This document shows positions 33,240 to 46,329 of a stretch of 64,000 nt of DNA, one piece after another (position 1 is the first letter of the stretch; each line of letters begins with the position of its first letter). The notes under the pieces were generated by a model. The model was not told the origin of the DNA. It saw nothing but the letters and a program-made list of their open reading frames with translations, and made no database searches. The position numbers were made by a program, and so were the translations under genes. The stretch is from Scyliorhinus canicula (lineage: Eukaryota), in contig NC_052167.1 in the NCBI RefSeq assembly GCF_902713615.1, positions 22,682,690-22,746,689 on the forward strand. Direction: 5' to 3'.

Positions 33240-35147
33240 AGAATCCTGTGAGCCTTGAACAAAATGTTCTCCCCTCGAACCGCCTTCAACGCTTCACAAA
33301 ACACGGCCGCCGATACCTCCCCATTTCTGATTCAGCTCCCAATCGGCAGTCTCACCTTGCCACAAAACACCTTATCCGCCAAACGGCCCGAGAGACCTTG
33401 TTCAATCCCGCACACCTCTTTGCCAGTTGTGGGCCAATGTCCTGGTATATCCAGACTCAATTACCCTCCCATTCACAGACTCGCTTTGCCCTGGCCCACC
33501 TCAGGATCTTCTCCTTGTCCACGAACTTGTGCAACTGCACAATCACCGCCTGCGGCGGGCTCCCCAGTTCTCGGCTTTTGCCTCAAGTACCTGTGGGTCC
33601 TATCCACACCTTGTTCAGCACCTTCTCCTCCACCAACCCGGCCAGCATCTTCGAAACGTACTTAGAACATACAGTGCAGAAGGAGGCCATTCGGCCCATC
33701 GAGTCTGCACCGACCCACTTAAGCCCTCACTTCCACCCTATTCCTGTAACCCAATAACCCCGCCTAACCTTTTTGGACACTAAGGGCAATTTATCATGGC
33801 CAATCCACCTAACCCACATATCTTTGGACTGTGGGAGGGAACCGGAGCACCCGGAGGAAACCCACGCAAACGCAGGGAGAACGTGCAGACTCCGCACAGA
33901 CAGTGACCCAGCGGGGAATTGAATCTGGGACCCTGGCGCTGTGAAGCCACAGTGCTAACCACTTGTGCTACCGTGGCGCTCGTTCCTTCCACACCCTCTG
34001 GCAGATCCGCACTTTCTGCCCCCGGACCTGTTTCCCTGCTGCTCCAACTTCACCCGCAGCAACTTGCATAGATCCCCCATGATCCCCACCTCCATCTCCA
34101 AAGACACAATCTAGTCACTCTGGTCGGACACCACCTTCTCCACCTCGAGGCACTTCTTCACCCAATCCATCGATCCTGGCAGAGGTGCCACTCCTCCCTC
34201 AATTGCCTTCGACCAGTCGCTCTGCATCTCCTTCCTTTGCTGGCAAATTTTCTCCTGGATGAAGCTCATCAACTGCTCAATCTGGGCTTTCCCACTGACG
34301 CCAACGCTTCCCCCTCCACAGGTCTCCGCCAACTCTTTAGCCAGGTCCTTAACTGTCACCTGCCGGGTCTGATAGCCAGTAGACATGCCAATCTTGGGGA
34401 CAAACTCTCCCTCTACACCTTCCGCTCTGCTTTTACATAAGAACTAGGAGCAGGAGTAGGCCATCTGGCCCCTCGAGCCTGCTCCGCCATTCAATGAGAT
34501 CATGGCTGATCTTTTGTGGACTCAGCTCCACTCTCCGGCCCGAACACCATAACCCTTAATCCCTTTATTCTTCAAAAAACTATCTATCTTTACCTTAAAA
34601 ACATGTAATGAAGGAGCCTCAACTGCTTCACTGGGCAAGGAATTCCATAGATTCACAACCCTTTGGGTGAAGAAGTTCCTCCTAAACTCAGTCCTAAATC
34701 TACTTCCCCTTATTTTGAGGCTATGTCCCCTAGTTCTGCTTTCACCCGCCAGTGGAAACAACCTTCCCGCATCTATCCTATCTATTCCCTTCATAATTTT
34801 AAATGTTTCTATAAGATCCCCCCTCATCCTTCTAAATTCCAATGAGTACAGTCCCAGTCTACTCAACCTCTCCTCATAATCCAACCCCTTCAGCTCTGGG
34901 ATTAACCTAGTGAATCTCCTCTGCACACCCTCCAGTGCCAGTACGTCCTTTCTCAAGTAAGGAGACCAAAACTGAACACAATACTCCAGGTGTGGCCTCA
35001 CTAACACCTTATATAATTGCAACATAACCTCCCGAATCTGCCGAAACTACCCCACTAACGGGGTAAAACGTTCCAAAACCAACGCTGTCGAGCCAGAGCT
35101 GCCCTTGTGTGCGCCGACTCGCTCCATGGCCACCACCGGAAGTCCCA
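33240..35147 (-). mobile_element. L1/Tx1-clade 5' UTR and ORF1 remnant, interrupted by CR1 and a V-SINE
   Basis: Begins GACTTCCGGTGGTGGCCATG; coiled-coil-like ORF1 (EQLMSFIQEKICQQRKEM) from 34386. Confidence 0.6.
34436..35032 (-). mobile_element. CR1 LINE 3' end, inserted into the 5' region of an L1-like element
   Basis: [15 protein letters not shown]...FFTQRVVNLWNSLP; 3' UTR. Confidence 0.92.
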
Positions 35148-37504
35148 GAAGAAGAATTATGCCATACAGTGAGGTGCTAGAAATCAGACTTCATATTTCA
35201 GGTTATCCTCAGCATAAGAATTTAGTCTGGAAGCAACTATATATATTTAAAATCATTGCCGGGATGTGACTGTCACTGCCCAGACTTAAATACATACTTA
35301 AATACTGATGAATTGATATTACCCCTGTACAGACCACCTTGGAGAAACTCTTTACTTGACAATCAGTGTACGATAAGATGGGATGAGAACAACCGACCCA
35401 TTTCCAATAGCCTTTCGTAAAAGAGAAACATTGGATTTCCTTGTTTCCTCAGCTTTAAGGACACCATATCTTGTATGGGATTAAGCCAAGCCCTGGGGGT
35501 CAGTCTGTGGGATGTGTTGAGTTAGCTGCTCTCAGCTCCCAAATCACCACCACCACCAGAATTTGTGTTTGAGGGCATGTGTGGCAAGGGCAAGATTGCA
35601 CCGATGTGAAGCTCTCTCTCCAATACAAATAGTTTTCAGAGACCATACCTAAAGCATGCCGGGCTCACAGGCATTCCGTCTGAAGGATAATGCAAGAGAG
35701 TATTGGGGGAGGCCAAAAAGTCCCTGGACAGAGAGAGACCAACAGCCCCTTAAAATAGGAACCTGGGAGACACAATACTGGAGAAGCTGATACATTCATG
35801 TAAAGAGACTGAAAGAAATAGCCGCGTCCCATTGAGAGAGAGAGTGCACGCGGTGAATTTACGAGCTGAGGGTAGAGGCGTGTGTGTATTGCTCCCGACA
35901 GAAACAATAATGCAGGAAATTCATTGGAACAGACTGTAACATTAGTGAATTATTTACAGCGGACATCACTCCGAGAAGATGGAGAGGCAGCTCAATTAAA
36001 ACGCGAGCAGTCTGCCAGCGGAACGCGGTGAATGCCCAGGCAGGGTCGGAGCGTGGGGCTTGACTTTGCTGTGTGATATGTAGGGGTTCTGCCATTCGAG
36101 TCAGTCTCAGTACTTGGGTATGGGGTACAAAGCAAATGGAAGATATTGAAGTTACTTTTGAATTAGAATCATAGAATCTACAGTGCAGAAGGAGGCCATT
36201 TGGCCTAGCAAGCCTGCTCCGGTCCGTGGAAAAAGCATCCATTCCAAGCCTCCACTCTAACCCAGTAACCCCACCTAAATCTTTGGACACTAAGGGGCAA
36301 TTTAGCACGGCCAATCCACCCAACCTGCACTTCTTTGGACTGTGGGAGGAAACCGGAGCACCCGGAGGAAAACCAGGCAGACACTGGGAGAATGTGCAAA
36401 CTCCGCACAGACAGTAACCCAAGGCCGGAATTGAACCCGGGTCCCTAGAGCTGTAAGGCAGCAGTGCTAACCATCGTGCCGCCCTTGTGATCAGTCACTG
36501 ATGAAGTGTAATTTAACGCTAAACATTAATATTTAGGTTATTGAGAAACCTGTCCTCTGTTTACACCCACTTTAGCAACAATGAGTCGGAAAATCCTACT
36601 CGTCTCCAAAGCAAGTGATATATTCTCCACCTCGAGCGGTGTCGCGCTGATAGCAAAACAGCATTATGCTAGCCAATGTTTACCTCTTACTCTCCTCGAC
36701 CCCGTCTCTGTTTGCTCGTGACCTCGTGACCTGACCCCATTTCAGTTTGCACTCTGGCTTCATAAGTAGATTTCTCTGAGCTATGGTTAAACAAAAGCGT
36801 CATTCGCAACCTCAGGACAATCTCAAAGCAAAATTTACAACCAAATAAATTACTTTTGAAGTGCAGTCACTGTTGTCAGGTCGGAAACGCGACAGTCAAC
36901 TTGTGTACCACAGGCACCCACAAGCAGCAGTCAAATGATATGTTTTGGCGATGTTGGTCAAGGGTTTAATAGTGGGCAAGAAACCAGGGGAAACCTCCCC
37001 TTCTCCTCTTCAGATAGCACCCTGCAGTGTTGTACTTTCCATTTGAACCTGGGTCTCATGCAAAATATGGCACCTCCTTCATTGCAGCGCTTTCCCAGTA
37101 GCCCACTGGAATTCAAGCCCAGATCAGTGCTTCCCAAACCTTTTCCCCGTGTGACTCCTTTTGAATGTCCCAGACTTCACGTGACACCAGGGTGAAAGGG
37201 CGGCACGGCAGCACAGTGGTTAGCAATGTTGCTTCACAGCGCCAGGGTGCCAGGTTTGATTCCCGGCTTGGGTCACTGTCTGTGCGGGGTCTGCACGTTC
37301 TCCCCGTGTCTGCATGGGTTTTCCCCGGGGGCTTCAGTTTCCTCCCACAAGTCCCGAAAGACGTGCTTGTTAGGTGAATTGGACATTCTGAATTCTCCTT
37401 CTGTGTACCCGAACAGGCGCCGGAGTGTGGCGACTAGGGGCTTTTCACAGTAACTTCATTGCAGAGTTATTGTGAAGCAACAATGCTAACCACTTCTACC
37501 GTGC

Positions 37505-38985
37505 CGCCCCTGTATTTGGAAAGCAGTGGTATAATCAGACAAAGTCAACATGGATTTACAAAAGGGAAATCATGCTTGGTGCAAATTAACTGGAATGCTT
37601 TGAAGATGTCACTAATAGAGTTGACCAGGGGGAATCGGTGGACGTGGTTCATTTAGACTTTCACAAGGCTTTCAACAAGTTCTCACGTAGCGGATTGCTA
37701 TGCAAAGTTAAAGAGTATGGGATTGTGGGTAGTGCCCCGAGATGGATAGAAAGCTGGTTAGCAGACAGGAATCAAAAAGTTGGAATAAATGGGTCTTTTT
37801 CCGATTGGTAGGCAGTGACTAGTGGGGTACCGCAGGATCTGTGTTAGGACCCCAACTGTTCACATTATATATTAATGATTTGGACGAGGGAACTAAATGC
37901 ATTATCTCCAAATTTGCAGAGGATACAAAGTTGGGTGGGAGGGTGAGCTGTGAGGAGGATGCAGAGATGCTTCAGCAGGATTTGGACAGGCTGAGTGAGT
38001 GGGCACATGCATGGCAGATGCAGTATAATGTCGATAAATGTGAGGTTATCCGCTTCGGTAGCAAAAATAGGAAGGCAGATTATTATTTGAATGGGTGTAA
38101 ATTGAGAGAGGCGGATACTCAGCGAGACCTTGGTGGCCTTGTGCATCAGTCGCTGAAAGTAAGCGCGCAGGTACAGCAGGCAGTAAAGAAGGCAAATGGT
38201 ATGTTGGCCTTCATGGCAAGAGGATTTGAGTATAGGAATAGAAATGTTTTACTGAAATTGTATAGGGCATTGGTGAGGCCACACCTGGGGTATTGTGAGC
38301 AGTTTTGGTGTCCTTATCTAAGGAAGGATGTCCTTGCTATGGAGGGAGTGCAGCGAAGGTTTACCAGCCTGAATCCTGGGATGGCGGGACTGTCATATGA
38401 GGAGACACTAAATTGGTTAGGATTATATTCATTGGAGTTTAGAAGAGTGAGAGGGGATCTCATAGAAACATATAAAATTCTAACAGGATTAGACAGGGTA
38501 GATTCAGAAAGAATGTTCCCGATGGTGGGGGTGTCCAGAACTAGGGGTCATAGTTTGAGGTTAAGGGGTAAACCTTTTAGGACTGAGGTGAGGAGAAATG
38601 TCTTCACCCAGAGAATGGTGAATCTGTGAAATTCGCTACCACAGAAAGTAGCAGAGGCCAAAACGTGTAATTCCGAGAAGGAATTCGATATAATATAATC
38701 ATCTTTCTTGTGACAAGTAGGCTTACACTGCAATGAAGTTGCTGTGAAAAGCTCCTAGTCGCCACATTCCAGCGCTGTTCGGGTACACAGAGGGAGAATT
38801 CGGACGGTCCAAATTACCTAACGTAGATACCTAACATCAATATAGCTCTTGGGGCTAAAGGGATCAAGGATAAGGGGGGAAGGCGGGATGAAGGTATTGA
38901 ACTTGATGATCAGCCGTGATCATAACGAAGGGCGGAGCAGGCTCGAAGGGCTTAATGGCCTCCTCCTGACTCTATTTTCTATGTA
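37505..38985 (+). mobile_element. CR1 LINE 3' portion (degenerate RT) with a SINE-tail insert at about 38700-38822
   Basis: SQHGFTKGKSCL, LGPQLF, KFAEDTK, RTRGHSL; CR1-type 3' UTR. Confidence 0.92.
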
Positions 38986-41980
38986 TATTTCTCTGTAATA
39001 GTTTGCTTTTCCAGTGTTCGCAAGAGGGAAGCATGTAGCAGTGATATGCAGCAGTGATGTGTGATGCGTTTATACTGCAGATTTATTGTCAGCGTGAAGC
39101 TCTTTGAGCTCTGTGTCCATGCTGAACTTGTGCCGTATAAATCAGATGCTGACTCCAGATCAAACAATTGATCCTATTCATTTCTGATTTGACGACTTAT
39201 GGAGATAAGAAGGCTCAAATCTGACGCCACCAACAGCTTAGTTGCTGGTTAACATGAGGCATGCTGCCACTCTTTGCCCCTTATTCCAGGGCTATACCAT
39301 ATATGCCTTGAAGTAGAAACCACAGACAGCGGTTTGTGTAGTTTGCTGTGTATTCTGTAAATGCTACGCCCTGGTCTGTATTATTTATAGTCCGTCGGAG
39401 TGGCTGGACTTCCCAGTTCCACCTTTTTTAGTTGAAGTGAATGTTAAGGTTACATGATGACATTGTTACTTCAGTGATTCTGGTAATACCCATCAGTCAT
39501 TCCATTGAACCTCAAAAAATTGGGTAATTTTCTATGGATTGATATAATCAGAAACTATGACGCTGCTCTATACTGCATGGTGAACAATGCTCTTGTCTCT
39601 TGCTGTTAGCATAGAGTGCGACTCCACAGCAGCACTTGTGCAAGGCGGTTTTGCTTAGTTTACTGGTACGACTCTCACATTAGAGCCAAAGAGTTTGAAC
39701 CCAGGATTTTGGTGGACCGACAGTGCAGTGCCGAGCGACTGTTGTTGTTCAACTCGGAGATCAAGGCTACATATGCTTGTTTGGGTGAACGTACGAGATC
39801 CATTGACACTTTTCAGAATAATAGCTGTGTTTTCCCAGCGTCCCAGCCAACATTCGCCCTTGAACTAACACCAGCAAAGCTGGCTCATTGGTCATTTTAT
39901 CTTTTTGCGGTTTAGTAGATCTTTCCGTGTGCAGATTAGTCACAGAGTTTACATTTCAAAAGTACTCAGAGGCTATGAAAGGGCCACAATAAATTGAGGT
40001 GTTCAACGGGAATCTGCCGCCGGGTCCTCATCTGTCACCAAAGCGAATGGGATTGACGCTCCCTGCAGGAATGGGCCTTCCAGCACTTGCTACGGAGTTG
40101 GGTTTTTAACCGTGCCGTCTGATTCATGCTGCACAGGTTTTGCATTGATCCAAAGCGGGAACTACTTTCGGTCAAAAGTAAACCTGTAGCGCAAGTGCTG
40201 CTGTAAATCACTGTTGTAGCAACTGCTTCTCTCAATAATAGAAATGGCATCCATAAGACCGTGTGCATGGAGAGCCACCCTGCATTCGTTCAATATAAAC
40301 AATTGTTACATAGAGGCCTGGGTATTCACTTTAACAGGTGGTGTTATTTTAAAAGGGTAACCTCATTTGTTACAATTGCAGCAAAGTGTAGGCCGTGGTG
40401 CCTCTGCATTGAAATGAGGGAGGTGGTTTGGTTGCAGGCCTCCAGTTTGTGCCACAGAGGGTTTACTGCACAGAAGGAGGCCATTCAGCCCATTCTTTCT
40501 GTGCCAAAGTGAATCCGTAGAATCCCTTTTTTAAAATTTTCCCAATTGAGGGGCAATTTAGCGTGGCCAATCCACATACCGTGCACATCTTCTTTTGGGT
40601 TGTGGGGTGAGGCCCACGCAGACACGGGTTGGATGTGCAAACTGCACGTGGACAGTGACCCGGGATCGAACCCGGGTCCTCGGCGCCGTGAGGCAGCAGT
40701 GCTAACCATTGCGCCACCATGCCGCCCGATCCCTACAGTGCAGCGGAGGCCATTTTTGCCCGCGTTGGCCCACTCTCCTGCGCTATCCATGGAACCCCAT
40801 CTACCTTTGGACACTAAGGGGCAATTTAGCATGGCCAATCCACTTCACCTGCACATCTTTGGACTGTGGGAGGAAACCTGAACACCCGGAGGAAACCCAC
40901 GCAGAGACGGGGAGAACGTGCAAACTCCACACAGACAATCATGCACGGCTGGAATTGAACCCAGCGCTGTGAGGCAGCAGCGCTAACCACTGTGCCGCCC
41001 TGTCATTGTCCTGCTCCCAGTTTCTCTTGTAGCCGCGTGTTTTCCTCCACCTCTAAAATTTATCCCAGGTGCAACTGTCTCTGCCTCAACTGTTCCCCAA
41101 ATCTGTGCAAATATATATTGGAAGAAAATGTTGAGAAAAAAACTACTCGCGTTATCAAAACCTTGACTGGAAAAAAATTCTGTCTGTACCATAAACATTG
41201 ATTTATTAGCAGAATAAAAGTGCCCAGGAAAGGTGCATTATATCCTGCTCAACTGGTTCATTTACTAGTTCAGCTAAGCAAACGAGGTTCATTAACCCAG
41301 TCTGATGAATGTAGGAATTTCAATTATATTATAAGTAATTGGTACAGTAAGAGTTAAAAACTTGTTTTAAGTGTGTATGACCGCTGCAGTATTGATTTTA
41401 AAGAATCCTGGTTTGAAAGGTTTTAGGAGCTGGGGTGCCATTAGGGCATCGTAAAAGCTTGGTCTAATGGAGTTTTGTTTGGATTAAGGAGGGTTCCCTG
41501 TGGAGTTAGATACTTTGTGTTTCGCCTTGGTGCGCTGATGTAATTAATGGGAGGAGCTAAGGCATTTTGCAGAGAAGCAGTTTAGTTGGGTTTTAGATTG
41601 AGATGTGAGCAGAGGTCAAGCATCTGCCCTTACTGCAGTTCAGCTAATGATATGCCTGCAGACAGATTAGCCGTTACTTTTCAAGCAGTTCAGTCTGGTT
41701 AGAAGGTAAGATGAACAAGCTGAGGGGCAGCTTCTGGAGGAATACATCCAGAGTTTCTGCATGGTTCTGACAGGATTCAGGTCTTTCCTTTAAGACAGTC
41801 TCAAAGAACATCTTGGTAAAGCAGGTGTTCCTGAGTGCTCGCTGTATTTGAAAATGGACTGAGAGCTGAGATGTTATTTTTGTTGTTTGAGTGGGAATAA
41901 AGTTAGCAGTTAAGGGTTAATGTGTCACTATTGATTAGCATTGTTTAAGGGGTAATTGTAAGCTATTTTCTTGTGTGTTA

Positions 41981-43935
41981 ATAGAACATAGAACGATACA
42001 GCGCAGTACAGGCCCTTCGGCCCTCGATGTTGCACCGACATGGAAAAAATCTAAAGGCCATCTAACCTACACTATGCCCTTATCATCCATATGCTTATCC
42101 AATAAATTTTTAAATGCCCTCAATGTTGGCGAGTTCACTACTGTTGCAGGTAGAGCATTCCACGGCCTCACCACTCTTTGCGTAAAAAACCCACCTCTGA
42201 CCTCTGTCCTATATCTATTACCCCTCAATTTAAGGCTATGTCCCCTCGTGCTAGCCACCTCCATCCGCGGGAGAAGGCTCTCGCTGTCCACCCTATCTAG
42301 CCCTCTGATCATTTTGTATGCCTCTATTAAGTCACCTCTTAACCTTCTTCTCTCTAACGAAAACAACCTCAAGTCCATCAGCCTTTCCTCATAAGATTTT
42401 CCCTCCATACCAGGCAACATCCTGGTAAATCTCCTCTGCACCCGTTCCAAAGCTTCCACGTCCTTCCTATAATGAGGCGACCAGAACTGTATGCAATACT
42501 CCAAATGCGGTCGTACTAGAGTTTTGTACAACTGCAACATGACCTCATGGCTCCGGAACTCAATCCCTCTACCAATAAAGGCCAACACACCATAGGCCTT
42601 CTTCACAACCCTATCAACCTGGGTGGCAACTTTCAGGGATCTATGTACATGGACACCGAGATCCCTCTGCTCATCCACACTACCAAGAATTTTACCATTA
42701 GCCAAATATTCCGCATTCCTGTTATTCTTTCCAAAGTGAATCACCTCACACTTCTCCACATTAAACTCCATTTGCCACCTCTCAGCCCAGCTCTGCAGCT
42801 TATCTATGTCCCTCTGTAACCTGCAACATCCTTCCGCACTGTCTACAACTCCACCGACTTTAGTGTCGTCTGCAAATTTACTCACCCATCCTTCTGCGCC
42901 CTCCTCTAGGTCATTTATAAAAATGACAAACAGCAACGGCCCCAGAACAGATCCTTGTGGTACGCCACTCGTAACTGAACTCCATTCTGAACATTTCCCA
43001 TCAACTACCACTCTCTGTCTTCTTTCAACTAGCCAATTTCTGATCCACATCTCTAAATCACCCTCAATCCCCAGCCTCCGTATTTTCTGCAATGGCCGAC
43101 CATGGGGAACCTTATCAAACGCTTTACTGAAATCCATATACACCACATCAACTGCTCTACCCTTGTCTACCTGTTCAGTCACCTTCTCAAAGAACTCGAT
43201 AAGGTTTGTGAGGCATGACCTACCCTTCACAAAACCATGCTGACTATCCCTAATCATATTATTCCTATCTAGATGATTATAAATCGTATCTTTTATAATC
43301 CTCTCCAAGACTTTACCCACCACAGACGTTAGGCTCACCGGCCTATAGTTACCGGGGTTATCTCTACTCTCCTTGAACAAAGGGACCACATTTGCTATCC
43401 TCCAGTCGTCTGGCACTATTCCTGTAGCCAATGATGACCTAAAAATCAAAGCCAAAGGCTCAGCAATCTCTTCTCTGGCTTCCCAGAGAATCCTAGGATA
43501 AATCCCATCCGGCCCCGGGGACTTATCTATTTTCACCTTGTCCAGAATTGCCAACACTTCTTCCCTACGCACCTCAATGCCATCTATTCTAATAGCCTGG
43601 GTCTCAGCATTCTCCTCCACAATATTATCTTTTTCTTGAGTGAATACTGACGAAAAGTATTCATTTAGTATCTCGCTTATCTCCTCGGCCTCCACACACA
43701 ACTTCCCACCACTGTCCTTGACTGGCCCTACTCTTACCCTAGTCATTCTTTTATTCCTGACATACCTATAGAAAGCTTTTGGGTTTTCCTTGATCCTACC
43801 TGCCAAAGACTTCTCATGTCCCCTCCTTGCTCGTCTCAGCTCTCTCTTTAGATCCTTCCTCGCTTCCTTGTAACTATCAAGCGCCCCAACTGAAACTTCA
43901 CGCCTCATCTTCACATAGGCCTCCTTCTTCCTCTG
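41981..43935 (-). mobile_element. 5'-truncated young CR1 LINE; 615-aa open ORF2 C-terminus (reverse transcriptase)
   Basis: YRPVSLTS, DFSKAFD, GVPQGSVLGP and KFADD motifs; 3' UTR ends in (TTCTATG)-like repeats. Confidence 0.95.
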
Positions 43936-44434
43936 TTGTTAAAGATATTTTAATACTGTGTTCGTAATAAAGTTTGTTTTAATAAACCATATCCCTATTT
44001 TACGTGAAATCACTCAATTCACAGTCCTCCAAAATTAAAATAAGATATTGGGGTTTCTGTTCAGTATCCTAGCCAGATCTGGTCAGGATCATAATACCAC
44101 TCTGTTCCGAGCTGCCTGTGGTGGCAGCGGGAATGTATAATTATCCTCTGCTCCGTGCTTGGGAGTTGTGGCAAATCAGCCAGAATTCTCTGTCCTGATT
44201 GCTTTTCAGAGGTTTCTTAGTCTAAGTGTGGCTTGTGTGAACACCGGGCTCGGATGCTGCTCTGTTCTCCCAATGACATGGGTCACAGTGCACCAAGGCA
44301 ATGTTGCAGTCCACACTATCTATCTCAATGTATTTTTCTGCTCTTTGATATAACTTCAATTGTCAAAACTCACTTTAATATGGTGTATTTTCCATTGGTG
44401 TCAGTGATTTGTGGAATTGTGAAATTGGTTGATC

Positions 44435-45175
44435 GATTCATTCATTCATTGTCACATGTGCCGAAGTACAGTGAAACGTATTTTTCTGCAGCCAAGGGAG
44501 CGTACACAGTATGTACACAGTAGTCAAAAAGAATAATAGTTACAGTGAATGCGAAGAAATACACAGTACATCGACAAATACGTAATTGGTTACAGTGCGG
44601 AACAAAGGCCAAACAAAGCAAATACGACTTGAGCAAGAGCAGCATAGGGGGTCCTGAATAGTGTTCTTACAGGGAACAGATCAGTCTGAGGGAGAGCCGT
44701 TGAGGAGTCTAGTAGCTGTGGGGAAGAAGCTGTTCCTATGTCTGGATGTGCGGGTCTTCTGCCTGATGGAAAGGTCTGGAAGAGGGCAAAGCCTGGGTGG
44801 GAGGGGTCTCTGACAATGTTGTCTGCCTTCCTGAGGCAGCGGGAGGTGTAGACAGAATCAATGGGAGGGTGGCAAGCTTGTGTGATGCATTGGGCTGAGT
44901 TCACCACATTCTGCAGTTTCTTGCGATCTTGGGCTGAGCAGTTGCCATACCCGACTGTGATGCAGCCGGATAGGATGCTGTCTATGGCACATCTGTAGAG
45001 ATCTGTGAGAATCGATGCAGACATGCCGAATTTCTTCAGCTTCCGGAGGAAGTAGAGACGTTGTTCGGCTTTCTTGTCTGTTGCACAACGTGAGTGGACC
45101 AGGACAGACTGTTGGTGATGGTGATCCCCAGGAACTTAAAGCTATCGACCATCTCCACTTCGGAGCCATTGATGT
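44435..45175 (-). mobile_element. Rex1/Babar LINE 3' fragment
   Basis: YRCAIDSILSGCITVGYGNCSAQDRKKLQNVV; tail ...tttcactgtac...gtgacaa(tgaa)n. Confidence 0.8.
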
Positions 45176-46145
45176 ATGTGCACAGCAGACAACAGAATTA
45201 TAATTTGAGCAAAAGATAACGATTCAATCAATGCCTTACTATCAAATTGAAGGAGAAATAAAGCATGCTTAGATCCTGTGTACTGTTCTCCTTCTAAAAA
45301 GGATCGAGAGAAACTAGAGCTGGTGTAAAACGAAATACATAAGGATGCTACCAGAACTGAAAATGTGTAACTATCAGAAATGGCTGGGGTTCTTTTCACT
45401 GGGAAAACGGCTGAGGGGACCCGTGAAAATTCTGAAGAGATTTGATAAGATAGACGGAGAGAATATCATGTATCATATCATAGGATTTCCAGTGCAGAAG
45501 GAGGCCATTCAGCCCATCGAGTCTGCACCAGCCCTTGGAAAGAGCACTCTACCCAACCCCCCCCCACCCTATCCCAGTATACCCACCCAACCTTTTTGGA
45601 CACAAAGGGCAATTTAGCATGGCCAATCCACCCAACCTGCACATCCCTGGGAGGAGAGTGAATCCAGAGGCCATAGATATAAGATCGTCACTATTAAGGC
45701 CAGTAAAGAATTTAAGATAAACTTCTTTACCCACAGAGCGGGTTAGGCCTGTGGTGGGCAGCCTGGGGCCACATGCGGCTAATCTGGGTTCTGAGTGGGG
45801 TTCACGGGACATTTTGTTGACTGTTTCCCATGCGTAGGATTTCCATCCGCATATCTGGGTCGTTTTTTTTTTCCTACCTGTATGACTGAAGTGATTCGCA
45901 CGTAAAGCAAGGGGCAAGTGATGATTGCTCACAACATTGAATGTGAGAGCCGTGCTTATTCTGCTTTTACCATTTGACATTGATGATAGTTACACTTGTA
46001 TACAAATGATGAAGCATTTTCCATAACTTGTTATGAAATATTCAAGTGCAGTAAATGTATTCAATTTTATTCATGGGGTCACAGTTAGAGAAGAAGCCCA
46101 ACTTCAATCTTGCGGCCCAGTGAGACGAAGGAGGCCCACTCACGA

Positions 46146-46329
46146 ATGAAATGAAATGAAAATCGCTTATTGTCACGAGTAGACTTCAATGAAGTTACTG
46201 TGAAAAGCCCCTAGTCGCCACATTCCGGCGCCTGTTCGGGGAGGCTGTTACGGGAATCGAACCGTGCTGCTGGCCTGCTTGGTCTGCTTTCAAAGCCAGC
46301 GATTTAGCCCAGTGTGCTAAACAGCCCCT
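46146..46329 (-). mobile_element. Non-V tRNA-derived SINE (type E) sharing the D tail, ending (ATTTC)n
   Basis: Head gggctgtttagcac...ggttcgattcccgta. Other copies at 12973-13621, 32085-32260 and 53139-53315, variant near 11000. Confidence 0.85.
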
